Origin: Asterias rubens
Lineage: Eukaryota
DNA length: 64,000 bases
Reading direction: 5' to 3'
NCBI RefSeq assembly: GCF_902459465.1
Contig: NC_047066.1
Coordinates: 7,812,001-7,876,000, forward strand
Part shown: positions 12,978-26,946 of the stretch, piece by piece
How positions within the stretch are numbered: the stretch's first letter is position 1
Layout of the letters: each line of letters begins with the position of its first letter
The notes under the pieces: model-generated
Databases searched by the model: none
The model's input: only the letters and a program-made list of their open reading frames with translations
Told to the model about the DNA's origin: nothing
Made by a program: the position numbers and the translations under genes

Positions 12978-13121
12978 CTGGGGTCGATTTCACAAAGACA
13001 GTCATAACTTAGACTTAAGGCTAGTCCTGAGTTAGGACGAGTCAATCCTGAGTTAGGACGGGTAACTCGCCCTAACTTCGAGATAAGACTGGTCTTAACT
13101 CTTTGTGAAATCAACCCCCAG
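12978..13121. mobile_element. MITE, family C
   Basis: ctggggtcgatttcacaaag ... ctttgtgaaatcaacccccag TIRs. Confidence 0.75.
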
Positions 13122-14022
13122 GTATTTTTTTTAAGAATCACAATGCACAACAGACCAATCCATCAAGTTTTGCTCTCTTAATGATTCAGGCGCTAACATT
13201 TTCCCATGTGTCCAATACCTTAAAATCCCATTGCAAAATGCACACAAGTTTCCACTATTTAGATTGCTGTGCAGTGGCTTTTACGTTTGACACAGAGCAG
13301 AGCAAGACGCATTATCCACATCAACACCCTAGATAGACAGCTTCATTGGTGGGAAGTGCCTACATGATTGGTCTATTGTGAGCTTCACTGATTACCAAAT
13401 ATTGAACACTTTACATTTCAGACACAATCTGAGCAAGCACTTTTTACCAGCTTGTTTGGCACATTCTCAAAACATCTGACCCGGGGCCTCTTTGTAAAAA
13501 GCTGCTAAGTGCACAAATTCGCTAATCGCAGAGTTAACAAGCCAAACTACTACATTGTACAATGTAAATCTGAAAGGTTCTCTGTTTTTGCTAAGTAAAT
13601 GAACTTGTTAAGCTTAGCAGCTTTATAGCATTAGCCCCAGAGCATACATTGACTCAATACTAAACACGGATGTCACAGCAGACTAGGAAGAAAACAAAAA
13701 AAGCTAAGTTTGAAAAGTTAACAACTTAAAGAGCCAGTTCAATCACTTCATGTTGTCTCATTTTGCACAAGACCCCTCAAGTGTGTAAGAATTTCAATCA
13801 CTGTAACACAGTACAGTTTACCCTTCGTGTTAAAGAGCACGGTTATAAAGACGCTCTGTTATAAAGAGGTTATTTGGCCAGTCCCAGCGACCTTGTTCGA
13901 GACTCGACTGTACTTTGTTTATGTGGTGCCAAGGCATCGGTCAAAAAGTGGGTGCAATTCTTACCAGCATTAAACATCTACAAAAAGTAGGTCCTGGTGA
14001 AACTGTTACCTGGCTGGAGGAC

Positions 14023-14136
14023 CAGGGGTAAATTTCACAAGATATTAAAAACTTAAGGCTAGTCCTAAGTTAGGATGAGTAATTACTCGTTCTAACTTGA
14101 GATAAAAAGAGTCTTCACTCTTTGTGAAATCCACCC
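14023..14136. mobile_element. MITE, family C
   Basis: caggggtaaatttcacaa ... tttgtgaaatccaccc TIRs with internal ctagtcctaagttagga. Confidence 0.65.
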
Positions 14137-14255
14137 GAATAAAACATATAATATGTATTTACTTTTAAAACAACAAAACTAAGAGTGTGAGTGAACTGGC
14201 CCTTTAGTAGACAACAGAGTGACCCTCAGTAATACATGATAGTTACTACGGGAGG

Positions 14256-17200
14256 TCAAAGTATGACTTCTTTACGTTGTTGGCGTGCTCTCTTGACGGC
14301 GTCTACTCGCTTCTGTCTCTCGGCGACCTTGTTCCCCATCGTCTGGGTCAGGGGAGGGAGGGAGAAGCTGTTCTGGCTGAACGCTGCCTCCGGTCTGTAA
14401 TAATGAAAATTTAACTGATTGTTTAAATTTCTTTTAAACAAAACTTTTCCATAATGAACCACAAGCATCGGCTTCTAGATGATGCCTCCATAATATGTAA
14501 AGGTATTACAACGTTTCAGCACAGCATTTTTTTGCTGAATGATTGTTTGGAAACCATTCCCATGTTATAACCAATGACCATTCTAACAACATTATTGTAA
14601 AACCGACTATAGTCCATGTGCCATTAAACAAAATGCATTTGTTTAAGATTCAGAACTCAACAGACTCAATCATATTCCACAGTAAAGTACACAACTTCAA
14701 TAAGCCATAATAACTAAAAATTAAAAACATTGTTATTGCCTTTTTTTTTACTTACAATTTTTTGGATTGATTCTTTAAGGATATTCTTGGAAGTTTCCCA
14801 TCCCTGAAACGAAAAAAAAGATGAAGATCAAATGAATACAAATTGATTTTTTAATACAGACATACATGTATAGCGCTTAGCAGTAACCCATTCCCAAAGC
14901 ACTGGAGAAACATCTCTAGAGATAAAAAACGAACTCATGTGAGGATAGATCTGTTACAGCAAGGACCCTGATAAAGACCCTTGAGATCTTTGGCCCTTTT
15001 CTAATCCACAGCTTCAGTTCCAGATTCAGCTTCAGGCTCCAGTCTCTGGTCTGAAGCCCTGAGCGCGAACGCAAAGCATGCGCAATTGCCAAAACAACTG
15101 CGAGCGCCAAGCTAGCCTGAGCCGAATCTGGAGCCGTGGTTTCATAAAGGGCCTTAGTTTACATAGCCCGACTCGAGGAGTTACAGGCGCAAATAGTTAT
15201 TAACCCATTTCACCTGACGTCATTATTAGAAAAATCTTGAATGCGCCATACTGGTGGGCAATTTCACTGTGCGTTCTCATATATAACTCTATGCATAGAG
15301 TATGCTGTGCGTTATCCAGTGAAGTGCGCATTTATGTGACGCAGCGTTAATACCAACATGGTGAGCGTGGCATCAGTCGCCGCGTGTGACGCGCGTGCAA
15401 GGGGTCAATGGGCACAAAGGAAAGTGTGATCTTTCATTTGCATGCTGCTTTGATAAAATGAGATACTAAAGGTAATAATTTTACTTACCCAGCACTGGGA
15501 TCATCCTCTGCTACATACGCCTTAGCAAGGAGGTACGCATCGGGTGTCCACTTATGAGAGTAAAGGACGTCCTTCAGATCGGATTTCAGTCTTGACAACT
15601 GTTGAATAGAAGAAAAATACTGGGTTATGATTAAACACAATTTGTCAAGAAGGCACAAAAACTTGATTTTTTTTTTGTTCAGGGGCGCGAGTCATTGCGA
15701 GGGGAAAGGTCTGAATCTAGGATCAAAATGTTAAGCGACAGGTTGAAATGATGGGGTTTTCAAGCTGCTTGTATCGCCTAGAGTTGAAGATTGCAAGTAG
15801 CTTCGTGGAACAGTATCCTTAGTAGAAGTAGATCAAAGAGCAAGATTTTTGAGTTCTGAAATTTCTGAAAATTGTCTTTAGTTCTTACCTCTAGTGATTG
15901 CCTATCACTGCAGTCTTGAAGGTGTGATATGATGACCTCACACTCTGCCATGGTAGGTACCCTGGGATGGGGATCATTGGGCCCCTGGACCTGCAAGGGG
16001 TTCATGCTGACTGGGACGGGGGCTCCATTGGTTTGGGGCTCGGTCGGACTGGTCTGCTGTGCAGCTTCTTGGCTTGGTGGTCTGCAAGAAGAAAAATTGA
16101 GTTTTCTTTTGATGAAGTATCGGCTTTTGACTTTGCAAAGTTGGGAAGGTAATGCATTCTGCTTTATCAACCAGGCTCCTACTGGATGATAGCCATGCCT
16201 ATACCATTATGGACCGTGAAGAGGCTAACCCTGTTTCAGTCCCAGGAGAAGTGGCAACAAGTTGGTTTGGGTTCGCAGCCCAAATCAGTGTAGCGCTCAC
16301 TTTGTGATGTTAGGCAATAGTGATACTAGGCGATACTTCTGATTATTGGCATTTCCCCATACTATTTCTTCTCTCCCCTTATGCTACCTCTAAAAAAAGG
16401 AATCGCTTGGTGTTCCTGGCAGTGGCTGCTGAATGAATCGCAGCACCTTGTAAACCTATATAAGGTGCTACATAAATTGGTCTCAGAATTCATAACTTCA
16501 CTAACCTATCTTTCTGAAGAATCTTGTTATATATGCTAAGCGCCTTGAGTATTTGGTTGATATGTGGGATAGTCTAATTATTTTTTATTAAAGTCACCTG
16601 GAAATAGAATTGTTTTTCTTTCAAACATAAGAGTATATGCTTACGAACAATAAAACAATTTTTTTAGTAATTGTTTGTCACGATTTATATGTTTAAAAAA
16701 TATATAAAGTTGTTTGGGGGGCTGATTTCGCCTACCTCTTTTGTGTCGTCAATCGAGGCAGACTTTGCCTGCAATGCGTATAGTAAACACACGTGCAAAG
16801 TACATGTACATCCAAGTCGTGAGTTGGTACATTTCAAAAAGTGTTTTTCTTCATTCAGCAGCAATACACCTGGTCGGCATTGCCGGAAAAAAACCAATTT
16901 TTTTTTTTTTTTTTAAACGTACAAACTCACGACTTGGTCCGTACATGTACTTTGCAATTGTGTTTACTCTACGCATTACAGGCAAAGTCTGCCTCGATTG
17001 ACGTCACGAGCAGCGCCCTCTCGGGTCGGGGTCTACTCTTAAATTTGTAAATAACATAAGAACTGATTTTTTTAAACCTTAGTTAACTGTTTATTCACAT
17101 TCCACTCATCAAAACACATATATTAGTGACAAAAGCTTTATTTTGAAAAAATACCACTTCCAGGTGACTTTAACAATACCTTTTCTCCACAGCATCCTTG

Positions 17201-20200
17201 AGTAACCTCTGGAGGTAAGTGTTCCTATTCCTAGCGTCTTGGACGGCGGCTGTGAGCTCCTTCACTTTATCCTCCATGTACAGCATCTTGAGCTGGTCTA
17301 GTTTTTGTGCTGAATGATGACAGACAAACAAAGGACAGTTAGAATAAAATTGTTGTGTGAAGGCTCTACGCCCTTCTTTCGGGAACACTAAGTACTTTTG
17401 TTCCAGTAACAAAAGGCCGTAAATGGCTCATGGAATTTTAGGGGGAATCACTGATACGTAAATGTTGCTAGAATTACCTCAAAGAGAATTTCTCCGATTG
17501 CATAATTTAACCTGCCTGTGATGACTAATGAATGGCAGAAAACCGATCAAACTTTCACACTCAGTTGTCTTGAAACGCAATTTTGCACATTAACTGCTAG
17601 CACTCTTTTTCTGGCAACTTTTCGTTACGCCCTTACTCCGCGTACACAATAAATGTAACCTCTCAAGAAAAGTCATCTTGCATATTACTTTTCCTTACAA
17701 TATCAATACCTAGCCTCAAAGATTCTAAAGCAATGTTGATTGACTTGTTGAAACCATAAGCCAATGGATGGATTTCATCTATGGCTGTTTTAAACACCCG
17801 GCTTAGGCTATGGCTTCGGCTTAATCCACCTATTGAAATCCATGTACCTAAAGTGTACATTTTCAAATACTGAAGGAGTCCAAGCCTGAGTCTAACTAAA
17901 GTCGCTTCTTTTAAATGAGCCACACAGGGATGTATGCAGCTTGCACAATTTACAAACGGACCATAAATTGACCCCTGCGGCACTCTCATATATATTGGAC
18001 CATGAAAGTTCTAGACTTTTGTGCATGGATACCATCTTGGAATTCAGGCCTTGATTTCAACTTCATTTTGCAATTTAAACATTCAGACAGATGGCCACAC
18101 CCATGGCCTCACTTGAAACCAAGGTTATTTCATGAGTGTTTAACATATGTGTAAACTAAAACAGGGGTGGAGTATTTTGTTGTACTTTGTGTTTGGATGC
18201 CTCCTAAAGCATCTCCTTCAGATTTGATTGAAGAGTTTGAGGATTCTGCAAAGGAAACAAAAAACAAAAACACTTCTATTAACTGAAATGAAAGTTTGAG
18301 CAAACCTTTAATCATTATCATAAAAATAAAATACTCAAGATTCATAACTGCTTTTATAACAAATTACATAAAAATATGTCTTTTGAGTAAAAAACATTTC
18401 AATTGAAAAGTATCATTTCTAAAAAAGTGCTGACCTACATTTATTTCCATTCACTGGAGGTCTGAGTAAAGGTCCTAAATTTACAACTTCCACTAGTGTT
18501 TAAAATTCTAAGAGAAAACCAGATATATACCTGTTTCACATTATATTTTTAAGGGTATTTTTGTCGAACAAAGTTTAGTTCAAAATTAACAAGGTTAGTC
18601 ATGTCTTGGTGTTTTGTTATGATTATTAAACAAAATACAGAAATAAATGGTCCCCAAAGAAGTAAAAAAAAAAAACACAGATAAATAACTTCCAAACCAC
18701 TTAAAAGGCCTTAAGGTAGTCGATTAGAATCGTGAGACCGATATCTTACCTTTTTTTGGACTTGCGCCTCTTGCCATGATGACCTTGAACTGTAACTCTA
18801 CATGACAAAAGACATTAATATACAATTAGAAATCAGATCCACACAAAAACAGCAGGCCTTTGACTGGAAGTAATCCCGTACAATGTTAATGAGCCATTTA
18901 CAATGTAACTGTAGTCGCTATCCATTATTGTATTTCAGGGTTTTTTCTTCGGCGAATACTTTGACTTTTAAATCCCTAGTTTACAAATGTAATTGCATCC
19001 GTGATGTAACCGAAAAGCGGGAGTTGATATTAGAACACAAATCGAATCTTCACGGTTCTTTGCATAATAATTGCAGTTCTCTTTTTAGTGTTGGTTGAAA
19101 TATGCTTGGACTGCTTATGTAGGGTAGCATTTGGTTTTTGTAAACAAAATGCTGAGCAATTGGCAAAATTATTAAGAAAGACAGTCTTTAAAGGGTGTAT
19201 TACTTTTTGTAGTATACAAAACACAATGTCCACAGATTTACACTAAACTTACACAGTTTGTAGATAATGATAGTAGAAAGCTTCCCTGAAAATATTAAGT
19301 GCTGAGGTGCAGTAGTTTTGGGGAAATGAGTAAAAAAAAATCATGAAAATAATTGTCGTCTCATGAGACGAAAATTATAAGCATTTACAAACGTATTTTC
19401 ATGACAATGTTTTACTCATTTCTCAAGAACTACAGCACCTCAGTAAGTAATATTTGAAGGGAAGCTTTCCACTATCGTTATCTTCAAACCCTGTAAAGTT
19501 TAATGTAAATCTGTGGACATTTTGAAAAAGTACCCAAATCCTTTATGACACAATAAAAGTCAAAATAATGTGATAGTTTCAGCTGAATACAGTATGTATG
19601 CACTTATATGCTCTTGTTTTGAAAAAGGTAAAAAACTGTCCACATTATTTTCACACTTATGTTGAATGAAATCTTGCTTAATGAGGTGACAGCGGGTAAC
19701 AACCGCATCCTGACCGAAGCATTTGCAAGCAGACACCAACCTCTGAATCACAGTTTTTAATATTCCAGCAAATTTTGCCACCCTTTTACCAAATCCTGGC
19801 TAAAACCTTGCCCTGAATGCATGAATCATTTCTCAGATTCACATCTTAGGGGGTGAACAAAGTATCCATTTTTGTTAAAGGGAATCCTTTCTCATTGAGG
19901 TTTATCAACAGCTGCAGTGCCTCTCACCAAGTAATGCTTTATCATTCATTTTTGGAGTAGGCCCTATATCAATCTATGACCCTACCTTTAAGAGAAAAAA
20001 AAAACCACTTAAAAATACCTCATAAACTACTACTAGCGCAAGCTCACTTGAGACTCAAATGTGTCTGAACCGTTACACCCTTTCCATATTTCTGCAAAGT
20101 TATCTTGTTTGAGTTTCACCACAGTTTGATTTTAAAAAAGAACATTTTGAATCTACACATTCACAAGCAAGATGCCAATATTTGATGAACCTCTGTACTG

Positions 20201-21698
20201 TACTTTTTGTATTGCAACCACACATATTGATTCTGAAGTCCATAGTTCATTCTTGTTTATTTGTGGGAACAAAAACACATGATAATCCCATCTAGTTCAT
20301 AGTTACAGGTTAATTAAATGCAGTCTGCAAACATTCGGTCCAAGTCGTGACCCATTTTACATTGACCAAAGCTCACTATGCGTATCATATTGAAGAGCGA
20401 CAAGTAACGAAATAGTGACAAGTTCAAAGGTCGAGTGTGTGACAAAAATATGGGAGTGAAACGAAGGCAGACATGATTTATCTTAATTTATAACCTAGTG
20501 TTTTTCAAGCAATTACGAGTCATTTGGAAACGATCATGCTTGCATTTTATGTATGACAATGTTTTAATGACCCCTTTAAACGGAAAACTATCAAACCTAC
20601 TGACTGTGCAGACCCCCTTCTGGTTTGAAGCTATTATTATTAAATTGGAGCATGTAATCATTACAAATCAATTTTATGTCTTTAATGTTTCGTATGGAAA
20701 CGGGGCTAGCGTCATAAACCTTTCCACACAGAGATCTGTGCTAACAATTGGCTACATCCCATAGATTTATGCGCTTTACATGTTTACCAGTTAGCAGCTG
20801 CCTGTTAGTTAGCAGCGCTTTACATGTTTACCAGTTAGCAGCTGCCTGTTAGTTAGCAATAGCAGCACTATGAAATGTTGCCATAAAAAGTAGTTGAGTT
20901 TGTAAAACATCTTGAATATAAACAAAACAATGCATTTTATCAGAAGATATTAAAGAGTGACATTTAAAAAGGGTGTTTTTATTCTTGCTTGGCCTTTATA
21001 ATATATCCATGTATTTTTAAGCAAAATACCAATTACTAAGAGATTACTGCAGAAAAAAACTCTACATACATTCATAACTTCTTTTATCAGAGCTATTTAA
21101 AATTTTACAATTCTTAACTCTTGTTTTTTACTTTGTGTAGCAAATTCCCATACTGCAATCATTCAACAACTACATGTATTTTGAATTTTTAGGTTTAAAA
21201 CTGATGACATGTGCATCATGTTGTGACCAGAGAGCCATAACAAAAGGTAACAGAGAAATTTTTGTGAAATGTTTTGAGAATTTTGGGTTGAAATTGAATA
21301 CCTCACCGATCTTACTTTCATTTCATAAACTGAGTAACAGATTCCAATGAATGCATTTAAATCACCAACTCACCTTTATTTTCCCTTTTCAAGTCATCAA
21401 TTTCTTGATGGAGACTAAAGAGCACCTCATGATGTTGTCTCTTCAGAAACTCCATACTGCGTTCCATATGGAGTACCCTCTGCAGCGGATCCACCTCCGA
21501 ACCCCCAGTGTCCAGACTCTCATTATCGGGGTGAAGCACAAATGACGAAGCACCACTCGAGTTCGTCGGTGGGAGGATAGGTATCTGGTCCTTCAGGAAG
21601 GGGCGTGGATAGCGGGCTTTGTCCAGCGTCTGGACCCGTTGCCACTGGGGAAGGTTAGCGAGTGGTGGAAGTGTCATGGACATGATTGGAGATGCCAT
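14256..21698 (-). CDS. CCDC74: Coiled-coil domain-containing protein 74-like, ~350 aa, 8 coding exons
   Basis: Exons (minus) 21698-21374, 18797-18750, 18245-18186, 17309-17180, 16081-15889, 15598-15489, 14803-14756, 14394-14256; phase-consistent, total 1053 nt. CCDC92/74 coiled coil (MERSMEFLKRQHHEVLFSLHQEIDDLKRENKELQFKVIM) and CCDC74 C-terminal motifs (PTMAECEVIISHL; LPPLTQTMGNKVAERQKRVDAV). The exon 3 donor (A|GTACAA) is weak and was chosen by phase. Confidence 0.85.
16588..17173. mobile_element. Kolobok-like MITE with long internal palindrome, CCDC74 intron 4
   Basis: TTAA-AGTCACCTGGAA...TTCCAGGTGACT-TTAA; internal ~85 bp inverted arms at ~16745-16830 and ~16915-17005. Confidence 0.8.
19188..19545. 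mobile_element. Kolobok-like MITE, family B
   Basis: TTAA-AGGG start, family B internal sequence and inverted subterminal motifs; the right TTAA is mutated. Confidence 0.75.
20771..20858. repeat. Perfect 44 bp tandem duplication in CCDC74 intron 1
   Basis: gcgctttacatgtttaccagttagcagctgcctgttagttagca occurs twice, back to back. Confidence 0.9.
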
Positions 21699-22040
21699 GA
21701 ACTGTCACCAAAGTTTATATAAAAAAATCCTTGTTGTAGATCCTTGCAGACTTCTTGAACTCCGATTCTTTCTTGTTCTCAAACTGCCATCCTAGATATC
21801 AAATCAGCTAAGTTTGTGGCAAATCTCAGACTGGGCTGTTAAATTTGAAGCAACGACTTGACGAAACCTCACTCCATAGCTGTGGCTATGACACGTGTGT
21901 TTGGTGATGATAAAATCCTGGAAAACAGAAGAAAATTTGTAAAAATATTATTTAAATTATAATATATTTCAAATTTTGTAATATTAATATCAATAATAAT
22001 ATGCCTAGATTTCAATCTACCAATACTTGGCAACTTGACT

Positions 22041-22167
22041 GATAACTTTCCGTATGGCGCCACCACTTTTTCACAAATTTTTACAAACAGGGCTATCTCA
22101 TTGAGGTAAATTAGATACTATATTATTTCATAAATGAAAAAGTGGTGGCGCCATACGGAAACTTTTC
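22041..22167. mobile_element. Mutator-like MITE, family E
   Basis: ~32 bp TIRs (ttccgtatggcgccaccactttttc) flanked by direct repeat caacttgact (22031-22040, 22168-22177); a 9-10 bp TSD is typical of Mutator. Other copies at ~44998-45254 and 46444-47334 (interrupted). Confidence 0.75.
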
Positions 22168-23107
22168 CAACTTGACTTGTGGTGGGTACTTCTCCAATGT
22201 GACTAGATCATTTTTAGATTACCCAAATTTTACCAAAATTACAATAACATAGGCCCCCTAGTTCTAGGATAAAGTAACATGGTTACAATTATTTTAGCTA
22301 ATGTCAACTGTACTGTGCATGGGAATCCAACATTTCCATTGCCAAATGATAATGGAAGGGCAAGTTGACAAATGTCGGGAGACTCGGACAACATTTCTTT
22401 TTCGTAATTTCTACATTTGTTGTAGTTGCTTCACCGTTGGGAGGAGAGTTACGTAATTAATATCGCAACTACAACTTTTGTTATCATTCAAACAATAAAC
22501 TATAAACAGACAAGACTAGGGAAACTGACTCAGTCCGACTCAACTGGGTTAACCTTTTTTGATATAAATAAGAATAATTAAGATAATAAGGAAGGCCTAT
22601 TTAAAAAAAAAGTAAACAATTGACTTCACCACTGTTCACATTTAATCATCCACTGGACGCTCGCTATTTTTTAAGGGCCATTTCCAGTTAAAGGATTACA
22701 TCTGACAATAGATAAGCTATGTTTTAAACACCACACATAGCCAACAAGACAACGATTCGGTCGCATCATCACAAAAAGACACAAGACCAAACTTCAAAGA
22801 CAACCCGACTGGGCACAAAACATTACAACATAACAACACTCTGCGGTTGACGACTGCTTGCTGTTTTGGTTTTGCTGGGTTCACAATTTTACGAATGTAT
22901 ATATCTCAACTTATTACGCATATATAACCAAAAAGAGCACAAAAACAACCTCATATATACATACCTTTCATCCTTATATCCACTATTACTTTATTTGAGA
23001 TAATAAAATACGGTAACACTTATGTATTCTTGACCATTTTTGTTCAGATGAAAGAAATTCCTGGTCCAAGGTACGTGCGAGCGCAGCATATTTTATGTAA
23101 ATTACAG

Positions 23108-23120
23108 GTTGCCAAGTGAC
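23108..23120 (-). promoter_or_regulatory. Candidate RFX X-box upstream of a putative non-coding first exon of CCDC74
   Basis: Minus strand reads GTCAC-TT-GGCAAC, matching GTNRC(N0-3)RGYAAC. It lies ~150 bp upstream of a minus-strand donor (AAG|GTATGT, exon end 22965). Confidence 0.4.
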
Positions 23121-26100
23121 GTTTGACCCAAATAGTCTTCATTCCAAAATATTTGTTTCAATGCCGAATATAACAACAAGTTAATAAATTAAAATTACAT
23201 TTTACAAAGTAAATTAATACTTTGAGTACAAATATTAATACATACTATTAAAAATGTTTTTATTGTGATTATTATACAATGTTATAAATTTTTAAATATA
23301 CTATTTAAGAACGAGGTGACTCTTGGTCCAGAGAAATTAGCAACAGCGCCACCATGCGTGTATGCTTTGCCATTCGCTCAGCCGTGAAATTTTTTCGTAT
23401 CCCTTTATACTCTGGATGGATGACCCAGTGCCATTGGAACACGGAGAAAAAATAATGTTTTCGGTGTCCCAGATGACTGATTAGAAAGGCTTTATGCTTA
23501 TAAATTCTTAGATCGACTCAAACTTTTAAAATGACCCCTTTCTCAGGGGTGGTTAGAGCGCGCCCTCTTAAGATCTTGTGATAATAACAGGAGAGAGTCT
23601 TGAGCTAAGACTATCTATGGCCCTTTTCGAAACTACGCTTTTGACTTTGGATTCGGCATCAGGCTCCGCCTAAAACCCGTAGTGCGTATACGCACACAGC
23701 TCGCACATCTGTCAAAACAACCGCGGGCCGAGCTAGCCTGTAGCCGAATCTGAATTCATCGTTGTAGCCGAATCTGAATTCATCGTTTCGAAAAGGGCCT
23801 GCTATCTGATAATTGAACCCTGATTGAACCGACCGCTCTGCTCGACTCTCTCTACCTGCTGCTGCTGCCTGATGAGTGGCGATAGATAGATGATGACAAA
23901 TAACCCCAGTCAACTTTGTGTTTACCTCATTAATATTTGCTTACACGGAAATAGAACTGTAGATCATTAATTGATTAACATTTAAGTGACTTTTTTGACT
24001 TAGGGATGCAGCACCGAAAAACTCTTTCATATGACAGAACTAAAAATGTTTTATGAAGAAAGAAGACAGGGACTACTGCTGAGCATGTGCTGAGTGAGGC
24101 TGGTGACACCAGTGAGTGGTGTAAAAAGGTAACCAAATGTTCACTTATTTATTTTTAGTTGCGACAACATAACCCTTCTCCTGACGGCGGAGGAGAGGAG
24201 GGTTACGTTATCGCAACTACACTTATTTTATTTAGATTTATTTTTAGCTGGTGTGATGCTAATGTGAAAAGGTAGGCTAAATTATTAATCCAATTCAAGA
24301 CGACCAAGACAGAAATTCCTGACCAGTCCAAAGTTCCATTCTAATTTTTTGTGTGCATTCGTCTCAACTCAAGTCAAGCTCATCACTCATGAATGTAATT
24401 GTAGATCAAAGAACAAGAAGATGTGAGGGAGTGTGTGTGTGACTCTGTGAGGAGAAAGAGAAAGTCCAAACGAATGGCAATGCAATGGCAATGGGTTGTT
24501 GGCCCTAGCTAGCTGAATGCTAGCTGAATGACCTACAATACCTCCCGACAGTATACAAATATTGGAGATTGACTGCTTCAAGTGCTATGGTATGGTAGGC
24601 CACCATGGGTAGGCGGCCTGTATGGTTCAAACTACGAATTCCGAGGTGTTGCCCGGAGCGTTTCCCCCCCCCCCCCCCCCCCCCCCGAGGAATCACCGAA
24701 GGAGTCGGAGTTTTAACCAAGCACAAGTAAAACCAGTCTATTGTTTTATAACACCCCAACAGACTATTTTATAATCCTCGTACACGTAATGTTCGTACGC
24801 GCGTTTTAGATACACAGATGCACAACTGATTGGGCTCGATGTTGGAAACAAAAAAAACGTCTGGGTACTGCACGCCATGTGATAATCATAGCACGGCAAA
24901 CGATGCCTTATCAGAATAATTGTAAGGGGTGTTATAAAATGCCATTAAGGACCAGGGGACACTGTACTTTAGCACTAAACTACAGTACAGTACCCTAGTA
25001 GTAGTAGTAGGTTTGTTAGGCTTCATTCTAATTTTAATTACACCAAAAATAATTGATGACCCTGGTTAATTGATACGCTGGTTGAAAACTGTACGCTTCA
25101 AGCTTGCGCGCGCATTTTTCATGATGGGCCGCGCAAACTTCAAGCAAATGCGCCTGTTGATGAAGTTCGCCCAGGTCGCAATACACAAGAAAATGCATTG
25201 CCTTTTACCATAAAGTGTACTTGGGCCTTTCTATAAAACAAGGAGTCCAATTGGAAAATAAAAATGTTCAGACTTTCAAGTAGATTTATGTTAAATTGCA
25301 CAGGCCCATGTTTGATTGTTTTTGTATGATTGTTTCCCATGATCAGTTAATATTAATTATAATATGCAAATATGTCCCAAAGATTTCTTCTTGTGGTTAT
25401 TTATTTAGGCTAATTATAAGAAATTAAAACCCTGAATTTTTTTTATGAAAAGTGGGACATTTTATGTTAGGCAGAAGTCTGTATTATATCTTTGTGAAAA
25501 ATATATAGTTTGTGAAAAATGTAGGAAACAATTGTGAAACTGTACACATTTTCAGGCCTGGAATTTTATCTTTGAGTATGTTGAAAGGACAAGGCCATTG
25601 TCATTTTGCAAAGGGCACTTCCATAGGAAAATCTTATTAAAGTCTATGGAAAATTGTTGAAGGGCGCCAAAGCCTAGACCAGGGGCAACAGAAGCCATGT
25701 GGCCTGCGTGTAATTTTAGACCTGCTTTTTAGAAAGTTTTAAAGTGCATTCAAGAAAGATTTGTGCTGATGTGGTTGACAAACAAACGTTCCAACTGGGA
25801 CCAGTTAAATTCTATCCTTACTCCACCCCACATACATTGTGTGTCATCAAGCATGCCTCAAGTCATCTGTGGTTGTTGGGTTGCCAGGGCCAAATTTCAG
25901 AAAAATCTGCTCAGCAAATTTCTTGGCTTAGCAAGAAATGAGATGGGCACAAGTCACAGCATGGTGTTCTGGTTTTGAAACCTAGTTTTAGCAAAAGTTT
26001 GTAAGCTGTAGTAAGGTTGTGTGTTTACATACACAAGGACATGGGTACTGTAACCAGCACATGTCAGTACATGTGCAGCTACCTGCTTATTACATAATTT

Positions 26101-26246
26101 GGTCATTTGCATATGGGCACAGGAACCAATGAACTCTTTGAATACCTTGCTGTGGACAGTTGTATGTAAATTAGGGAGCTTCAGCTGAGTGGGTGTGGTG
26201 GAAGATTAAATGTTTGTATTGGTCAGTTATATGCTAATGAGCTGGA

Positions 26247-26359
26247 CCGAATTGGCGACTTCGGCTACAGCTACGGCTAGGGCGCCCGCGTCTGCTATTC
26301 TTCAACACTGACAGACCGGCTGATCTAGCCGTAGCTGTAGCCAAAGTCGCCAATTCGGA
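26247..26359. mobile_element. Hairpin MITE (34 bp arms)
   Basis: ccgaattggcgacttcggctacagctacggctag vs ctagccgtagctgtagccaaagtcgccaattcgg (one mismatch). Loosely similar sequences at ~14995-15150 and ~23617-23800. Confidence 0.6.
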
Positions 26360-26790
26360 CACGGCCTTACTGTTGTTGGTATAATGTTATGTAATAGCTA
26401 GTTCTATGGTCAGATTTTCAGCTTGAAAATTGTGTGTGTATTCATTTCTGCGCCTTGAACACACAGCACAGGGTGGATATAACTAGTTTGTCGAGAAGAA
26501 AGGTAGGCCTATTTCTTAGCTTTGTTATGGCAAAGTAACTTCTTGCAGATCTTTGATCAGATGTCTTTTTTCAGAATTATTTTGGTGGTTGTGTGCATAA
26601 TTGTTGTTGTTATTCTTTTCACATCATTCCACTTACTCAATATTATCAAAAAGGAAAACAGTAAACAGTTAATGCAGCTGCAATTGATTTTGAGAGAAAT
26701 GCAGTCTCACTCGGCAAAGTTCCACTTAGCAATTCTCCATGGAATAGTGTTTTCGTATGACTGAGCCAGTATTAGGAGTTGTTAAAAGAA

Positions 26791-26946
26791 GTTCATACTT
26801 CCTGCAAATGCGAATGCGATACAAATTTTGACGTCTCATCACTGTTTTTGCTGGGAATGTTTTGCAGGATTTGAGCACATTTCAACTGATGCGAATTATT
26901 CGTTTGTGACGCCAAATTTTGTATCACATTCGCAGGAAGTATGAAC
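26791..26946. mobile_element. MITE, family D
   Basis: gttcatacttcctgcaaatgcgaatgcgatac ... gtatcacattcgcaggaagtatgaac TIRs. Confidence 0.75.

Noticed and set aside
17663-17989. ORF starting VPQGSIYGP, resembling the LINE reverse transcriptase motif GVPQGSxLGP
   Set aside because: The expected downstream RT motifs (LF.IYINDL / YADD) are absent; either coincidence or too decayed to call.
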